NCBI RefSeq assembly: GCF_001194135.2
Contig: NC_069001.1
Coordinates: forward strand, 30,502,666 to 30,566,665
Origin: Octopus bimaculoides
Lineage: Eukaryota
Length of the DNA stretch: 64,000 nucleotides
Reading direction: 5' to 3'
Below, in pieces: positions 12,201-25,975 of this stretch. Both the position numbers and the translations under genes were made by a program. Numbering within the stretch: position 1 is the first letter of the stretch; each line of letters starts with the position of its first letter. The notes below the pieces were generated by a model. It searched no databases. It saw nothing but the letters and a program-made list of their open reading frames with translations, and had not been told where the DNA came from.

Positions 12201-12855
12201 AGCACCAGCAGACACAGTTGTGGCTGTCGTTGCGGTAATGGTTGTAGTCCACTGTGCTGTTGGTGGTAGCTGATCGTGTTTTTACTGGATATTTTGACAC
12301 GTAAATCCTGGGTGAATAAAACGTTGATACGGTAAAACTAGTTAGTAGGAGAGGTTGTACTTTTTCCCAACGATAGAAATTGAATGAATAATAAAAAAAT
12401 AAAAGTTATACGCTCACACACTAACACACAGATAGATAGATAGATAGATAAATAGATAAATAGATAGATAGATAGATAGATATAATGCGAACTACATCGA
12501 AATGAAAGACAAATAAAAGGCAAAATTTGTATATAAAAATAAGAGAAAAACAGCAGAAGAGTAAGTAGAATATAAAAATAAGGAAAAACAATGAAAAATA
12601 TTCAAACAAACGAGGAACTTCCTTGCAAAATGAAGCTTTGCGAAACTAATGCTTTACGTGATTTCATCTAAAATAAAGATGGCCACCATTGTCGATTGAG
12701 GCGTCTCTCCTCAGGCATAAATGGAAGGCCGATAGGAACACTTGCTTTTTATTGTGTTTACACATACGTACATGCATACATTTGATATATAGGAACACAC
12801 ACACACACACACACACACTGGTGTATATATACATACATATATAAACATATATATG

Positions 12856-12896
<41 letters not shown>

Positions 12897-13231
12897 ATTC
12901 ATACATACATTACATATATGTATATATATATATTTGCATGCATATAAACACTTTTATACATAGGTATATATATATATATATATATATANNNNNNNNNNNN
13001 NNNNNNNNNNNNNNNNNNNNNNNNNNNNNNNNNNNNNNNNNNNNNNNNNNNNNNNNNNNNNNNNNNNNNNNNNNNNNNNNNNNNNNNNNNNNNNNNNNNN
13101 NNNNNNNNNNNNNNNNNNNNNNNNNNNNNNNNNNNNNNNNNNNNNNNNNNNNNNNNNNNNNNNNNNNNNNNNNNNNNNNNNNNNNNNNNNNNNNNNNNNN
13201 NNNNNNNNNNNNNNNNNNNNNNNNNNNNNNN

Positions 13232-13280
<49 letters not shown>

Positions 13281-14939
13281 GACACACACACACACAAACA
13301 AGTATATATACATATGTACGTATAATTTCTAAATGGAACGTGATAATGTTTTATGGATAAAAATTTCAATTTAAGTGCTCTGCGTTGATTAAATGCAGTA
13401 TACAGATCACACTTCACGGGTCGAAACATCGTATCTACAGGCATCAGCATTGCTTTTGCTTAGAAAAGTACCTTATAACATTGTGCAGAAAATATTTATT
13501 TCTGCTTCACTATATCAGACAAGTAAATAAAACTATCGTTGTATATGTCATTGTATGGGTTCGTGCCATTTATATGAAGAAAAACATATATAATAGTATG
13601 CTTTAACTAAGTATATATGGGTTCCAGAGGGTTGTTATAGGGGGAATTTACTATGCTTGACCACGCTGTAGAATACGTGTACACTCATAAATAAAACCCT
13701 GCCTTTATGCAGATGTCGAGTTCCGAGCATTTACATGTGCATATCGCTTTTACTTTTAATTATTTGAAGATCAGTCCTTATAACCTTAACTCACTCCATG
13801 ATTACAATGTAGGTAATAGAAACAATGTCAAATTTTGCATTTGACAAATGTTTCGCATAGTTTTACTATTTTTTACTAGATGATTGGTTGTAGAATAATC
13901 CAGAGGGAAATCTATTAGCAACTACATAAACTGACAGGCCTTCGACCTATGACAAGTTTCAATTGTCGCAACGAACAAAAATCTCAGACGTTGAGTGACT
14001 CCGTTATTCCTAAATACTGCTGAATATTCATAAAAATATACATATACTCATATTTTGAGTTCTACTTTTCATTTTTGCATTAACATACCATATATATATA
14101 TATATATACATACATATAAGGCCTACAAAAAACAACAGGGAAGTAGCCGATTATCTACCAGTTCCACACATTATATGTATGTATCTATTTATGTATGTAC
14201 GTATATATGTATGCATGTATGTCTCTTATTGTTCAGTTTTATTTCAAGATTTCTAGCCAATGGAGAAAGAACCGGTTTCTAAGCTAGATCAAATGCTCCT
14301 TCATTGGAATTTCAACATCAATAATATGGCATTTTTGTTTGCATATGTATATATGTATGAATATGTGCAATGTATGTATGTGTGTATGTATGTATACTTG
14401 CAATAACACACTCTGTATTTCAAACAAGATACCAAATTAAAAGAAAATGAATAACTCTTCTCATAGCAAAATATTTCACGCGGCAGTAAGCTTATATAAT
14501 GATAACAAACATTTAAAATTTATGACCTTGCTTCTTAGGGACGGCAGATGTATTCATATATCTCTGCAGGTATGGACGTAAATCTTGTAGGAATTACATG
14601 CATTTTGTGGATAAATGTCCTGCATAAAATACTATAATCACCTTTTACGTTTGCAATCGTTCAGCCGTATCTTAAATGTGTTACTCTTTCTGCTCATAAA
14701 GATCTATGAACGTCGCTGCCATTTGTTTTCGTGGTTGCATTCTGTTTGGTAATGTTGCTTAGAGACTTGGACGAGATGATGATGTGTGTGCAGCGGCATT
14801 TGAATGTAGTTTGCTCTGTGTGTCTGTGTGTAGGTTTCTGAATATCAATGTATGCATGTATCCGTGTATATGTCTGCTGGGTTTATGTGTTCGCATGTGT
14901 GTATATTTGTGCGTATATTTGAATATCTATGTATTTAAT

Positions 14940-14989
<50 letters not shown>

Positions 14990-15210
14990 ACATACATTCT
15001 GTCTATCTTTCTACCTATGTATCTCTGGAAGGTGTGGCCATGCTGGGACACCGGTATTTGTTTTGCATAACTTCCATTAAACCGCTTTGATATACACTGT
15101 TTATATACATATGTACACACATTTGCATGCCACACACACATATACATAAACATATATAAATATATATATATATACACATTCATAAACGTTTGAGTATATA
15201 TTTCTACCTA

Positions 15211-15321
<111 letters not shown>

Positions 15322-15942
15322 ATATGCATGCATACATGAAGACTCACGCTTCTATATGCATACGTATATGTTCCTATATAGTTGTGTGTATATATATTTG
15401 CATAACATATACACGCGTGCGTGCGCACTCACACGCAAACTGTACAAAGAAGAGAGGAAGGTTCAGGAAGACAGCAAGTTAGATAGATAAATAGATAGGC
15501 ACTTTGACCCGTGTGTTAACCATTGCCGTTGCCTCGTGCGATGTGTACACTTGAGGAATGTCATGGTTCAAATGACATGCATATTCTCATTTGACAGAAA
15601 AAATCTACAGATATATGATTATGTCGGTTTTGCCTGGATGAACTTGAGCATTCGGTATATTATCTCTTGACCTTGTTGTTTTATTTTTATGTTATATAAT
15701 ATAGATTTATGCATTTAGTCTTTCATTTATTTAACTTGTTTTTTTTTGTTTTAATGTTTTCTATTGTGATATATTCCTTAAATTATATTTTTCTCTTTCG
15801 TCCACACGGTATGTAGAATTATAAAAGTATTGCTCTTCACAGTTATGTTTGTGGTTTCATAAATCTTATCACAAAATTGTATTCAATGAAAAAGTCACGG
15901 CATACTTAGATATAACCGTTATGCAGTACGTTGTGCTGTGAA

Positions 15943-16367
15943 AGGCAGCGAGCTGGCAGAGACGTTAGCACGTCTGGCGAAATGCTTAGCGGTAGTTCAT
16001 CAGTCTTTACGTTCTGAGATCAAATTCCGCCGAGATCGACTTTGCGTTTCATCCTTTCTGGGTTGATAAAGGAAGTACCAGTTGCGTACTGGGGTCGATC
16101 TAATCGCGTGGCCCCTACCCTAAAATTTCGCGCCTTGTGCCTTGAGTAGAAAAGAATATTTTGCGCTGTGAAAGGCGGCGATCGAGCAGAAACGTTAACA
16201 CGCCAGGCAAAATGCGTAACGGTATTTCGTCTGTTTTTACATTCTGTGATCAAATTCCTACGAAATCGACATGCGTTTCATTGCTTCGGGGTCGATAAAT
16301 TAAGTACCAGTTGCGCGTTGGGGTCGATCCAGAAAGTTTCGGCCTTGGCCTAGAGTAGAACAAAATT
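15943..16367 (+). mobile_element. tandem family-C SINE dimer with triplicated target site
   Basis: ttgtgctgtg (15931-15940), ttgcgctgtg (16161-16170) and ttgcgctgtg (16368-16377) bracket two complete copies. Confidence 0.88.
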
Positions 16368-16922
16368 TTGCGCTGTGTTTCGCCGAAACTCGGGGGTAGT
16401 CATATCACCTTTTGTCACTTGTTGGGGCGTGAATGAGTACGAACATGTGTATGCCGGTGTGTGCACGTATGACTGTGGGTTTATCCATTTAGCAAATTAT
16501 AGCAATAAAACACTTTGTTGAAAACAGACATTTCTCAACCCCTCCCCCACTGCTTCATTATTTTATATATCCATTACAACGATAGGAAAGTATTGTAGAA
16601 GAATAACCCGTTTTTTTTTTGGCATATAAACCTCAGTAACAAAATGTTATATGGTCCCCCAAGCGTCGTATTGACCCCAGTTGAAAACCCAAGATTGTAT
16701 ATACTTATTTGCGTATCTGTGCACTCCTGTGTATTCATACACATACATGCACAGAAGATATTCACACAATCAGATATATGCAAAGACTAATACCCCCATC
16801 AAACGATTCAGCAATTCAGCCTCAAAGTTGAGATATACCAGACGACATTTAAAGTAACATATCATATAAATGGAAACGACAAGCTCAGAAGTTAGGAATC
16901 ATATAAAAATAAGGAACGTACG

Positions 16923-17350
16923 GGAAAGTTTAATCGCATTAGATTTAACTACAAACATATATTCTTTTAATTCACATGTCTTCTCCGGTCATTTTTTATA
17001 CAAACTCTTCACCATTGTGATTCCTGGATTTGTAGAAACACGGTGAGATTACACCCTAATTCTAACTGCCGTCATTCTGCATAGCACGCAAGCAGCAGAA
17101 TATCTGTGCCACCGTATCTCTACTTAAAGGAAACATTAATCGCATTAGATTTAACTACAGTTTAAATTTAACATCTAACATCTTAATTCACTTCTCTTCT
17201 CTGGTCATTTTTTATACATACTCTCCACCAATGAGATTCCTGGATTTGCAGAAGGACTATGTGGTTACCCGCTAACTCTAAATGCTGCCATTCTTGATAG
17301 CATGCAAACGACACAATATGTGTGCCACAGAATGTCCGTTTAAAGGAAAC
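16923..17350. repeat. diverged tandem duplication, ~206-bp period
   Basis: ttaatcgcattagatttaactaca is identical at 16930 and 17136. The rest aligns with many substitutions (attcctggatttg, tgtgccac, aaaggaaac). Confidence 0.85.
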
Positions 17351-17924
17351 TTCATAATTATAACGTTTCTCTTCCCCAGTACTAATGTCTACAAAGACAT
17401 TAGCTACGTCTTCAAAGTCAAAATAGTTGTGTCACACTTCATCTGTTGCGAAAAGCCTGTGTAACAGAATGGACAGCTGTCAATAGATTCATAATGATAC
17501 GCAGCAAACTGCCTATTGAAATTTGATTGACGTTTGCGACATCATTGCAGCAGCTATTGATGAGGGCGATGGTGCTGGTGCTGGTAACGATTTTATTGAT
17601 GATGTTGGTGATAACTATTTACAATTATTACCATTATTATTATTATTATTATTACTGCTGTTGTTGTCGTCGTTGTTCTTGTTGATTTTGACGGTGTAGT
17701 GGTGATGATGGTGGTAGTGGTAACTGCTGCAGATCGTGCTATTTTTGTTGAAGCAATTTTTGAGCTGCTGCTGCGGCTCCTACTGCTAATGCTGTCTGTA
17801 ATATTGTTTGATGTGTTGAACGATGTGGTCTTATTTTGACATCTCAGAAAACGGTGAGACAATTCATACATATATAAATACATATATATATACATATATA
17901 CATATATATATGTACATATATATA

Positions 17925-18007
<83 letters not shown>

Positions 18008-18096
18008 GTACATACATGCATACATACATGCATACATACATACGCACATGTAAATTATACACGTATGTATATATACATATAGGTATACATACATAC

Positions 18097-18142
<46 letters not shown>

Positions 18143-18225
18143 GCATATATATACTTCGTATACATACATATACATATACACACACATTTATCTGTCATTC
18201 TATATAATCTATCTATGTCTCCTCA

Positions 18226-18288
<63 letters not shown>

Positions 18289-19248
18289 ATATACATATAT
18301 ATATGTATAGACATATACTCATATGTATTTGAGCATATATGTGCGTGAGTATAGCAACATCACAATTATTCAACTTGTATTCTGTCAGATCATAATACCA
18401 TATCAACTCTGATGTCAACATAATATAACTGTCTTCTGATTTATATACTTGATTCTGACATATTTTTAATAACTCTTTTATACGATGCATTATTTAGAAA
18501 ACTACAATACAAACTTACTGCATTTTTTATATATATTTTCAAGAATGACCATTCGTATATTTTTTTTTTTACTTTCCGCAACGTATAGTTTGACAATATA
18601 TTTTGCACAAAATGCCAGTTGACAGCATACGTTGGCGCCAGAGAGTCCGAGTGTTATTTCTGATACGTTCATTACCATTGTGTCCGATTTGAGTTCGAAT
18701 ACCGTGGGGGAAAAATTATCATTTGGTTGTTTCAATCGTCGATCAAAAAGATACTAGACGTATGGCGAGTCCATTTTCGTGTTTATTTCTTAATTTCTGG
18801 AGTAAATCGGATGTTGTTAGGCCTGGAAATGGTTGGGTTGCATTTGGTCACAAAATGATCGAAGAACCGAATATGACAGGGAAATAACCATATGACTTTA
18901 GCGAGAAAGTGAGTTCTGATATTTACTATATTCTTTATGTATATATTTAATTATGAAATATATTTGTACTCGTACAGACTTCACTGATAAACTACATATG
19001 GCAAAATAATTTATTTGCACATTGATACAGAAACTCGAATCTGAGGTTACTAGAAACATTTTTTTTTCATTCCCTTTGAAATTGAATTCATTTGTGGTTT
19101 GGTCTTTGACTGTGCTTTCTAGCATGTAAGGTGTCCTGTCAAAAGTCACCACTTTCCTGTATAAATATTTAAATTGTTTATACGCTATTATATATGTACT
19201 GGTACATATGTGTATGTACTGGTATATGTGTATGTATATGTGCGCGTA

Positions 19249-19495
19249 GAAGGTTGGCCAAAGGTCACCTGACAGTAAATCAAAACCGTTTAATTCTAAG
19301 ATTTATTTATGTTTAACAACTGAATGAATTTAATAAAAGTAGAAGCATCTAAATATGTGACATCATGAAAATTGTCAAATTGTCCAAAATGAAGTCCATT
19401 TCTTGCAACACATTTTTCCATCCAAGTCAATAGAGAGTTACAGATAGTATTTATGGAATTTTGATTTATTGTCTGGTGACTCTTGGCCAACCATC
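19249..19495. mobile_element. 247-bp Tc1/mariner-type MITE or deletion derivative
   Basis: 37-bp TIRs (19249-19285 vs 19459-19495, 32/37 match) with TA on both sides. The interior (minus strand) encodes NSLLTWMEKCVARNGLHF, like a transposase C-terminus. Confidence 0.85.
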
Positions 19496-19794
19496 TATAT
19501 ATATATACATATCTAGAGAGAGATTGATTGAGAGAGAGAGAAATAGACTGAGAGGACAGAGCGAAAAAGAGACGTACATACATATATAATAGGTGCATGT
19601 CCGCCGTATGCTTAAGTCCCGGTTGCTTATCGGTGATCGTAATCAGCTGAATAACATAAAACAGCAGAAAATGATACGCTTTTCTCCACAGTTTCTTTCA
19701 GCCGGTCTACCCCCACCCCTGAACGGCCTTACATTTGTGAATACAAAATCCCCAAATACTAAGCCAGGTATATGCAAAAAGAGGAGTTATGGTG

Positions 19795-19935
19795 TTACTA
19801 TTACTCGTTTCAGTCATTGGACTGCGCCCATGCTACGGGACCACCTTGAAGAATTTATTGGAACAAATCGACTCCCGAACTCATTTATCAATGTCTGGTA
19901 CTTACTCTGCCAGTTTTCCACCGAAATGCTAAATT
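19795..19935 (-). mobile_element. degenerate family-B-related SINE 3' fragment
   Basis: gtttcagtcattggactgcgcccatgct...caccttgaag...aaatcgactcc. Related fragments at ~20135-20200 and 27378-27442. Confidence 0.65.
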
Positions 19936-20614
19936 AAAGGGGCGAGAAAAATGTTGTTATAAGTGAAACAGCAGTTTCTGGAATCTCCGCGATAGATTTA
20001 GTTAATCGCCAAAAAGAAAAAAAAAGATTTACTTCATCGCATTACGCGGCCGTAGGTATGAAATTAATATTGTATGAGACGAACCTACGACATCAGGGTA
20101 GAGAAGAATTTTTCCCATTGTATTTGCTTAAATAATTTCACTGCGACAATGCTGCGGCACAACCTTGAAGGGTTTAATGGAAACAATCGATACAAGTACT
20201 TCTTTAATAACCAAGAGATAGTGAAACCAGTTCTAGCACGGTAAATCTCTTTTTCCGATATATAAATAAATACATAAATATGTGCGCACACACACACAAA
20301 CACACACACACATAAATATATGTATAAATATATATAATATACATTGTTTATAATATCTCCAACATCTATTGTAGATTTCAGGAAAAATGAAATCGCAAAT
20401 AAAATGTTCGGCTGATTCTTAGAGAAATATATTGAAAATTGCGGTTAATAGATACCTTGGGAGATGCGTGTCATCATAATTAAAGAGCTATTGATAATAC
20501 ATCGTAATAATTCCAATATTTTTTTAGAAGTGTCTTATATGAAATCTGTTTAATTCTACCAACGAAAGCAAGAAGAAAAAAAAAATGTAAGTGGCAATAA
20601 GCGTAACAATATAA

Positions 20615-20659
<45 letters not shown>

Positions 20660-20730
20660 AACATATATATATATATATATGTACATATATATATATACAT
20701 ATATATATATATATTTAAATGTATATAAAC

Positions 20731-20764
<34 letters not shown>

Positions 20765-20780
20765 ATACATATATATATGT

Positions 20781-20833
<53 letters not shown>

Positions 20834-21054
20834 TAAGTGTGTGTGCATGTGTCTATGTATGTATGGATATATGTGTAACAATATAGGCATATGGAGATAT
20901 GTATGTGCGTGTGTGTGTGCCGGCATACATCCATTGCTTCTCAATGTTTAAATAGATCTATGTCTGAGTATATATGTATAAGCAAATGTGTATGTGCGTG
21001 TCAGTGTGCGCGTGCTTTTGCCTCTGAGTCTGTGAGTGTTTGTGTGTGTAATAT

Positions 21055-21094
<40 letters not shown>

Positions 21095-21455
21095 GCGTCT
21101 TGATTCTCTGTGCGTTTTTCAGAAGTGAGGATATTAAGAAACTCATTCACAACATTGAATGAGATTTCCTTAACAACTGGTGATTATTACGAAGTAATTC
21201 ACTGGTTGTCAATCCCCTCATGGGACACTACAATTTCCAAATTGTGTTTCATAAAGTGTCATTTAGTAGACTCTTTCATTATATACTGTATTTCAATATG
21301 TAGCTTATACACTGCAATAAGACAGCAGACTCTTTCTCTAAGAAATATATCGGAATGGTTTCTATTTGAAGCGTCTTTCTTTCTCCATTCTCTCTCTGTT
21401 CCCGTACTTCTCTCTCTTCTTTCCCCTTTTAATGTATGCGCACACACATACATAA

Positions 21456-21523
<68 letters not shown>

Positions 21524-21838
21524 TCGTGTCAGTACGTGCGTGTGCATGTATATATATATATATATATATAGATAGATATGTATAGAATGTTAGTTTGCAC
21601 AAATTTACACTTACGTACACGCCTGTATATCTATATATTTCAGGGCATAAATATATATATGTGTGTGTGTGTGTGTGTGTATATATAAAGTGTGTGCGTG
21701 TGTACATATATATACATATATATATGTAAATGTACGTATATAATATGAGAGGAGAAATTGTAAAGTAGAAGACGACGGAGAAGAAAAAGAAGGACGACAC
21801 TACTGTACCGGAAGATACCGTATATATATATGAGTGTG

Positions 21839-21882
<44 letters not shown>

Positions 21883-22599
21883 CGTGTGTATGTATGCGTA
21901 CGTGTGTGTTTGTGTACGTGTGTGGATGTACTTATATATGTTCATTTCTTCACAGCTTCAGCTCTTTGTTTTTATTAAACATTCCTTCATTTTCTTCAAC
22001 TTGCTCCGCAGCTAAATTATATCGAAATGAAGAACCTACGGCTAGTTGCAATTTGCTTTTTTTTTTTTTCTTTTTTTCATATTTTCAATATAAATTATTT
22101 TCAGAAATATTATATATATGAAAGAATCGTATATTAAATGTTTTATCCGTTTATTAATATATATATCATGAACATCATCATCATAATCTTCTTCTTCTTC
22201 TTCTACGAATGTTTTTTTCTCTTCGTTTTCTTCTTCGACGTCACCACTATTGTTAACATCATCCTCTCTTATATCATTATTTTCATTATCTTTTTTATCA
22301 TGTTGATATTTTTATTGTTATTATTAGTATTACTCTTATTATTATTATTATTTTGATTATTATTAATATTGTTATTAGTTCTATTATTATTATCTTCATC
22401 ATCCTGTAATCACCATCATCACCATTATCATCATTATTATTATCATTATTTGTAGTAGTTGAAAGCTATTATATGCTAATTAAATTTAGTGGGATGCTAT
22501 CTTGATGTTTGGTGACGACACGCCTCCTCAAATCTCAAGTACCTCTTATGATTCTTTGCAGAATTCATTATAACACGTTTCTGCGAAGTGACACTAAGA

Positions 22600-23090
22600 A
22601 TTTCAATTCTGTTTCCAGTCTCTCAACAGTAGGAGTTGCACATTCGCTTCGTCTTCGGTGATCACATCTGATATTTTCCTTCAACATTCTGCACTGTCTT
22701 TGTTGGGAAGTCTCATAGCATTCAACAACTGTCATTCTCTCTCCCAAGCTCAGTTTTGTGTTCAAACCACTTTCTTATTATTTCCAATGCACTCTTTCAC
22801 CTCTTCAGTCATACATGCGAGTGTATTCATTTGATTAAATGCAGTTTACATTCGTCTCTTTCCTGCAGATTCCGCCTATGTTCTCTGAATGATTTTTGGC
22901 GGTAATTGTCTTCAACAGATTTGTGCCATTGGCTTTTCCTGGGCGGCTATAATTAGTGCTTCAATTGAGGAGTGTATCAGTTTTCCATCCGTAAACCAGA
23001 ACCAGCGTTGTTTCTTCCAATATTCTTCGTTTCTTGCATGAAATGATCATGCAATTCTAGTTTATTCCATTTGCTTCCTCTGCTACCTTC
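22600..23090 (-). pseudogene. R4/Dong-like non-LTR retrotransposon, post-RT/C-terminal remnant
   Basis: Frameshifted peptides WFWFTDGKLIHSSIEALIIAAQE, RVHWK and KWFEHKTE..ENDSC*ML*DFP match R4/Dong motifs (WLxxGxL...LIxAAQ; HWxLC; WYEHxP...LWDF) as I recall them. Confidence 0.65.
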
Positions 23091-23229
23091 CCTTAAGAAC
23101 TAGAATCCTCTAGATACCGACACAGCAAGAAATATTTTGGTCAAAAATGTGAAGCAATGAATTCCGACTATAAAATAAAAGTAGATACAGTATAGGAACC
23201 TAAAGCAGAAATGAAAGGTGGAGTAAAAC

Positions 23230-23445
23230 AAGGATATACATAACTGTTACAGATGAGAAAGGAAAAGAGATGCTTAGGCTAATACCGAACGGGAAAATCC
23301 AGGACTAAACGGTATCCTCAGATTCGGAATCTAAATCTCCCAACGATACACAAATATATACAACCGTCTCTTACTGAGTGTTTAGAATATGGAACACCAA
23401 TGTAGATGACAAAAGAATAAAATCCTAATACAGAAGAAAAGATAA
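23230..23445 (+). pseudogene. R4/Dong-like RT N-terminal remnant
   Basis: ITVTDEKGKEMLRLIPNGK / PGLNGI / LPTIHKYIQPSLTECLEYGTPM*MTK / ILIQK resembles PNWKxPGxDG...LxxxH...L..CL...PxWMTxGRTxLIQK. Confidence 0.65.
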
Positions 23446-23514
23446 GAAAGGTCAGTATTCATAGAACATTATTATCCGGACATTATTATCACCATTATCA
23501 TCCATATTGTTATA

Positions 23515-23712
23515 AAGGAGGCGAGCTGACAGAATCGTTAGCACGCCGAGAGAAATGCTTGACGGCAGTTCAGATTCCGCCGGGGTCGACTTCGCCTTTC
23601 ATCCTTTTGGAATCGATGAATAAATCCCAGTGAAACACTGGAGTCAATGTAATCGGTTTATCCACCCCCTCCCAAAATACCTGCCCTTGTGGCAAAATTT
23701 GAAACGATAATT
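23515..23712 (+). mobile_element. family-C SINE
   Basis: aaggaggcgagctgacagaatcgttagcacg...ccttgtggcaaaatttgaaac followed by an (ATT)n tail. Confidence 0.85.
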
Positions 23713-23746
23713 ATTATTATTATCATCAATATTATTATTATCGTTT

Positions 23747-24185
23747 AGGCAGTGAGCTGGTAGAAACGTTAGTATGTTAGAGGCCGGAGATCTGGCAGAA
23801 ACGGGTGAAATACTTAGCGGTATTTCGTATGCCGCTACGTTCTGAGTTCAAATTCCGCCGGGGTCGACTTTGCGTTTCATCCCTTCGGGATCGATTAAAT
23901 AACTACCAGTTACGCTCTGGGCTCGATATAATCGACTTAATCCGTTTGTCTGACCTTGTTTGTCCCCTCTGTGTGGGCAGTAAAGAAATAAGAAACGTTA
24001 GTATGTAGGGCAAAATGCTCTGCTGCATTTCGTTCGTCGCTATATTCAGAGTTCAAATTACACCGGGGTCAACTTTGCCTTTCATCCTTTTGAGGTCGAT
24101 AAATTAAATACCAGTGAAACATTGAGGTCGATATAGTCGACTGGCCCCCTCCCCGCAAATTTCAGGCCTTCTGTTTTTAATAGAA
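23747..24185 (+). mobile_element. family-C SINE containing a nested family-C copy (23778-23990)
   Basis: 16-bp TSD agaaacgttagtatgt at 23762-23777 and 23991-24006. The host head lies before the insert and the host body continues after it. Confidence 0.85.
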
Positions 24186-24925
24186 TAGTGTTCTTCTTAT
24201 TGTTATTTTTTTTATGAAACCTCTCAACTTATTTTACTAGTTATGACGGAAAGTGTCAGCTAACCACACACACCAGACTCAGGTGACACTTGGTTACTGA
24301 TAATGCTTCAAAAACTTGGCGGAGAAGTCTTGCAGTTCCGACTAATGATGCTTTTAGTATGTGTTCTTATTATTAGTAGTAGTAGTAATAGTAGTACCAA
24401 TACTTTTGAGCCACGTTGGTAGTCGATTGCTGATACTTCCAAGCGCTCCAATTAGTATTGTTGTCACGTCCATTCTCTTCATTGACCACAACCTGCGTAT
24501 TTCCTATTTCAATCCGTCATAAATGCTCAGGTTTTATTCTACTTCCTCTTCGTTTCTGTTCTCACCGGGACATGCTATGTCCATGCATGTTTTTTTTTTT
24601 TTTTTCCTTTTCTGTTCACCACACCAATGTCACGTTTCGCTTTCAATTTAGATAGTCACACTGCATCATTGCAGAGCACAGGATTTTGTAAACTTCATTC
24701 TCAGGAAATCCTTCTGGTATTTGGCCATACTACATACTACATCATTCTAATCCACAATTTCCACAGATCACCCAATGGATTAATTTTATCATATAGTCAT
24801 GTGTATGATTACTATTATTAATATTAATATTACTATAAAATATTAACAAAAATGAAGTAGATTGACAATTTTATTTTTTGAACCTGTGGAAATACGCTAG
24901 ATGCCGAAATATCGTTCACTTCATA

Positions 24926-25164
24926 GGCGGCGAGCTGGCAGAGACGTTAACACGCCGGGCAAAATGCTGAGCGGTATTTCGTCTGTCTTTTCGTTCTGAG
25001 TTCAAATTCCGCCGAGGTCGACTTTGCCTTTCATCCTTTTGGGGTCGATTAAATAAGTAACAGTTACGTACTGGGATCGATGTAATCGACTTAGTCCCTT
25101 TTTTTTTTGTTTGTCCTTCTTTGACCCTTCTGTGTTTAGCTCCGCCTGTGGGCAATAAAGAATT
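24926..25164 (+). mobile_element. full-length family-C SINE (long-tail subfamily) with 19-bp TSD
   Basis: aaatatcgttcacttcata (24907-24925) vs aaatatcattcacttgata (25165-25183), 2 mismatches. Confidence 0.9.
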
Positions 25165-25256
25165 AAATATCATTCACTTGATAACAATGGCATCCTCTTT
25201 TGCTGCATGTGTATAAATAAATGTTTATGTATTGAAACATACATACATACATACAT

Positions 25257-25588
25257 ATGTGAAAGCACATAGCTCAGCGTTTAAAGTGTCGGGCTCACAA
25301 TCATGAGGTAGTGAGTTCAATTCCTGGACTGGGTTGTGTGCTGTGTTCTTCAGCAAGACACTTTATTTCACATTGCTCCAGCTCACTCCACTGTAGAAAT
25401 GTTGTTGTGACGTCACTGGTGTCAAACCGTATCGGATTTTGCCTTTCATCGGTGGTGTGGAGAGGGGAGGCTGGTATGGATGAGCGACTGCTGGTCTTCA
25501 ATACAACAACCTTGCCCGGACTTCAGAAGGGGACTTTCTAGAAGCTATCCCATAGTCATTCAGGATAGAAAGTTGTCTTTACCCTTTA
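25257..25588 (+). mobile_element. tRNA-headed SINE, family D (CORE-like middle)
   Basis: Head tagctcagcgtttaaagtgtcgggctcacaatcatgaggtagtgagttcaattcc, then ttcagcaagacactttatttcacattgctccagc. Distinct 3' end ...ctttacccttta. Confidence 0.8.
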
Positions 25589-25630
25589 TAGGCATTCATG
25601 CATTCACACGTACGTGCATGTCTACAAAGA

Positions 25631-25681
<51 letters not shown>

Positions 25682-25756
25682 CATATTACATAACCTTCCG
25701 TTTATATACCAAGATGTACATTCTCAACCATAGTATAAATAGTAAATGGTGTACTT

Positions 25757-25975
25757 AAGGCCGTGAGCTGACAGAAACGTTAACACGCCGGGCGAAATGC
25801 TTAGCGGTACGTTCTGAGTTCAAATTCCGCTGAGGTCGAATTTGCCTGTCATCCTTTCGGGGTCGGTTAAATAAGTATCAGTTACGCACTTGGGTCGATG
25901 TAATCGACTTAATCCCTTTGTCTTTCCTTGTTTGTCTCCTCTATGTTTAGCCCCCAGTGGGTAATAAAGAAATAA
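25757..25975 (+). mobile_element. family-C SINE (long-tail subfamily)
   Basis: Colinear with 24926-25164. Confidence 0.9.

Noticed and set aside
16525-16694. Possible hAT/Charlie-type MITE (cagacatttctcaacc ... gttgaaaacccaag)
   Set aside because: TIR match is poor and there is no 8-bp TSD.
18502-18735. ORF containing NDNFSPTVF, reminiscent of a cadherin DxNDNxPxF motif
   Set aside because: Motif spacing is wrong, no other cadherin motifs are present, and the ORF is short without splice support.
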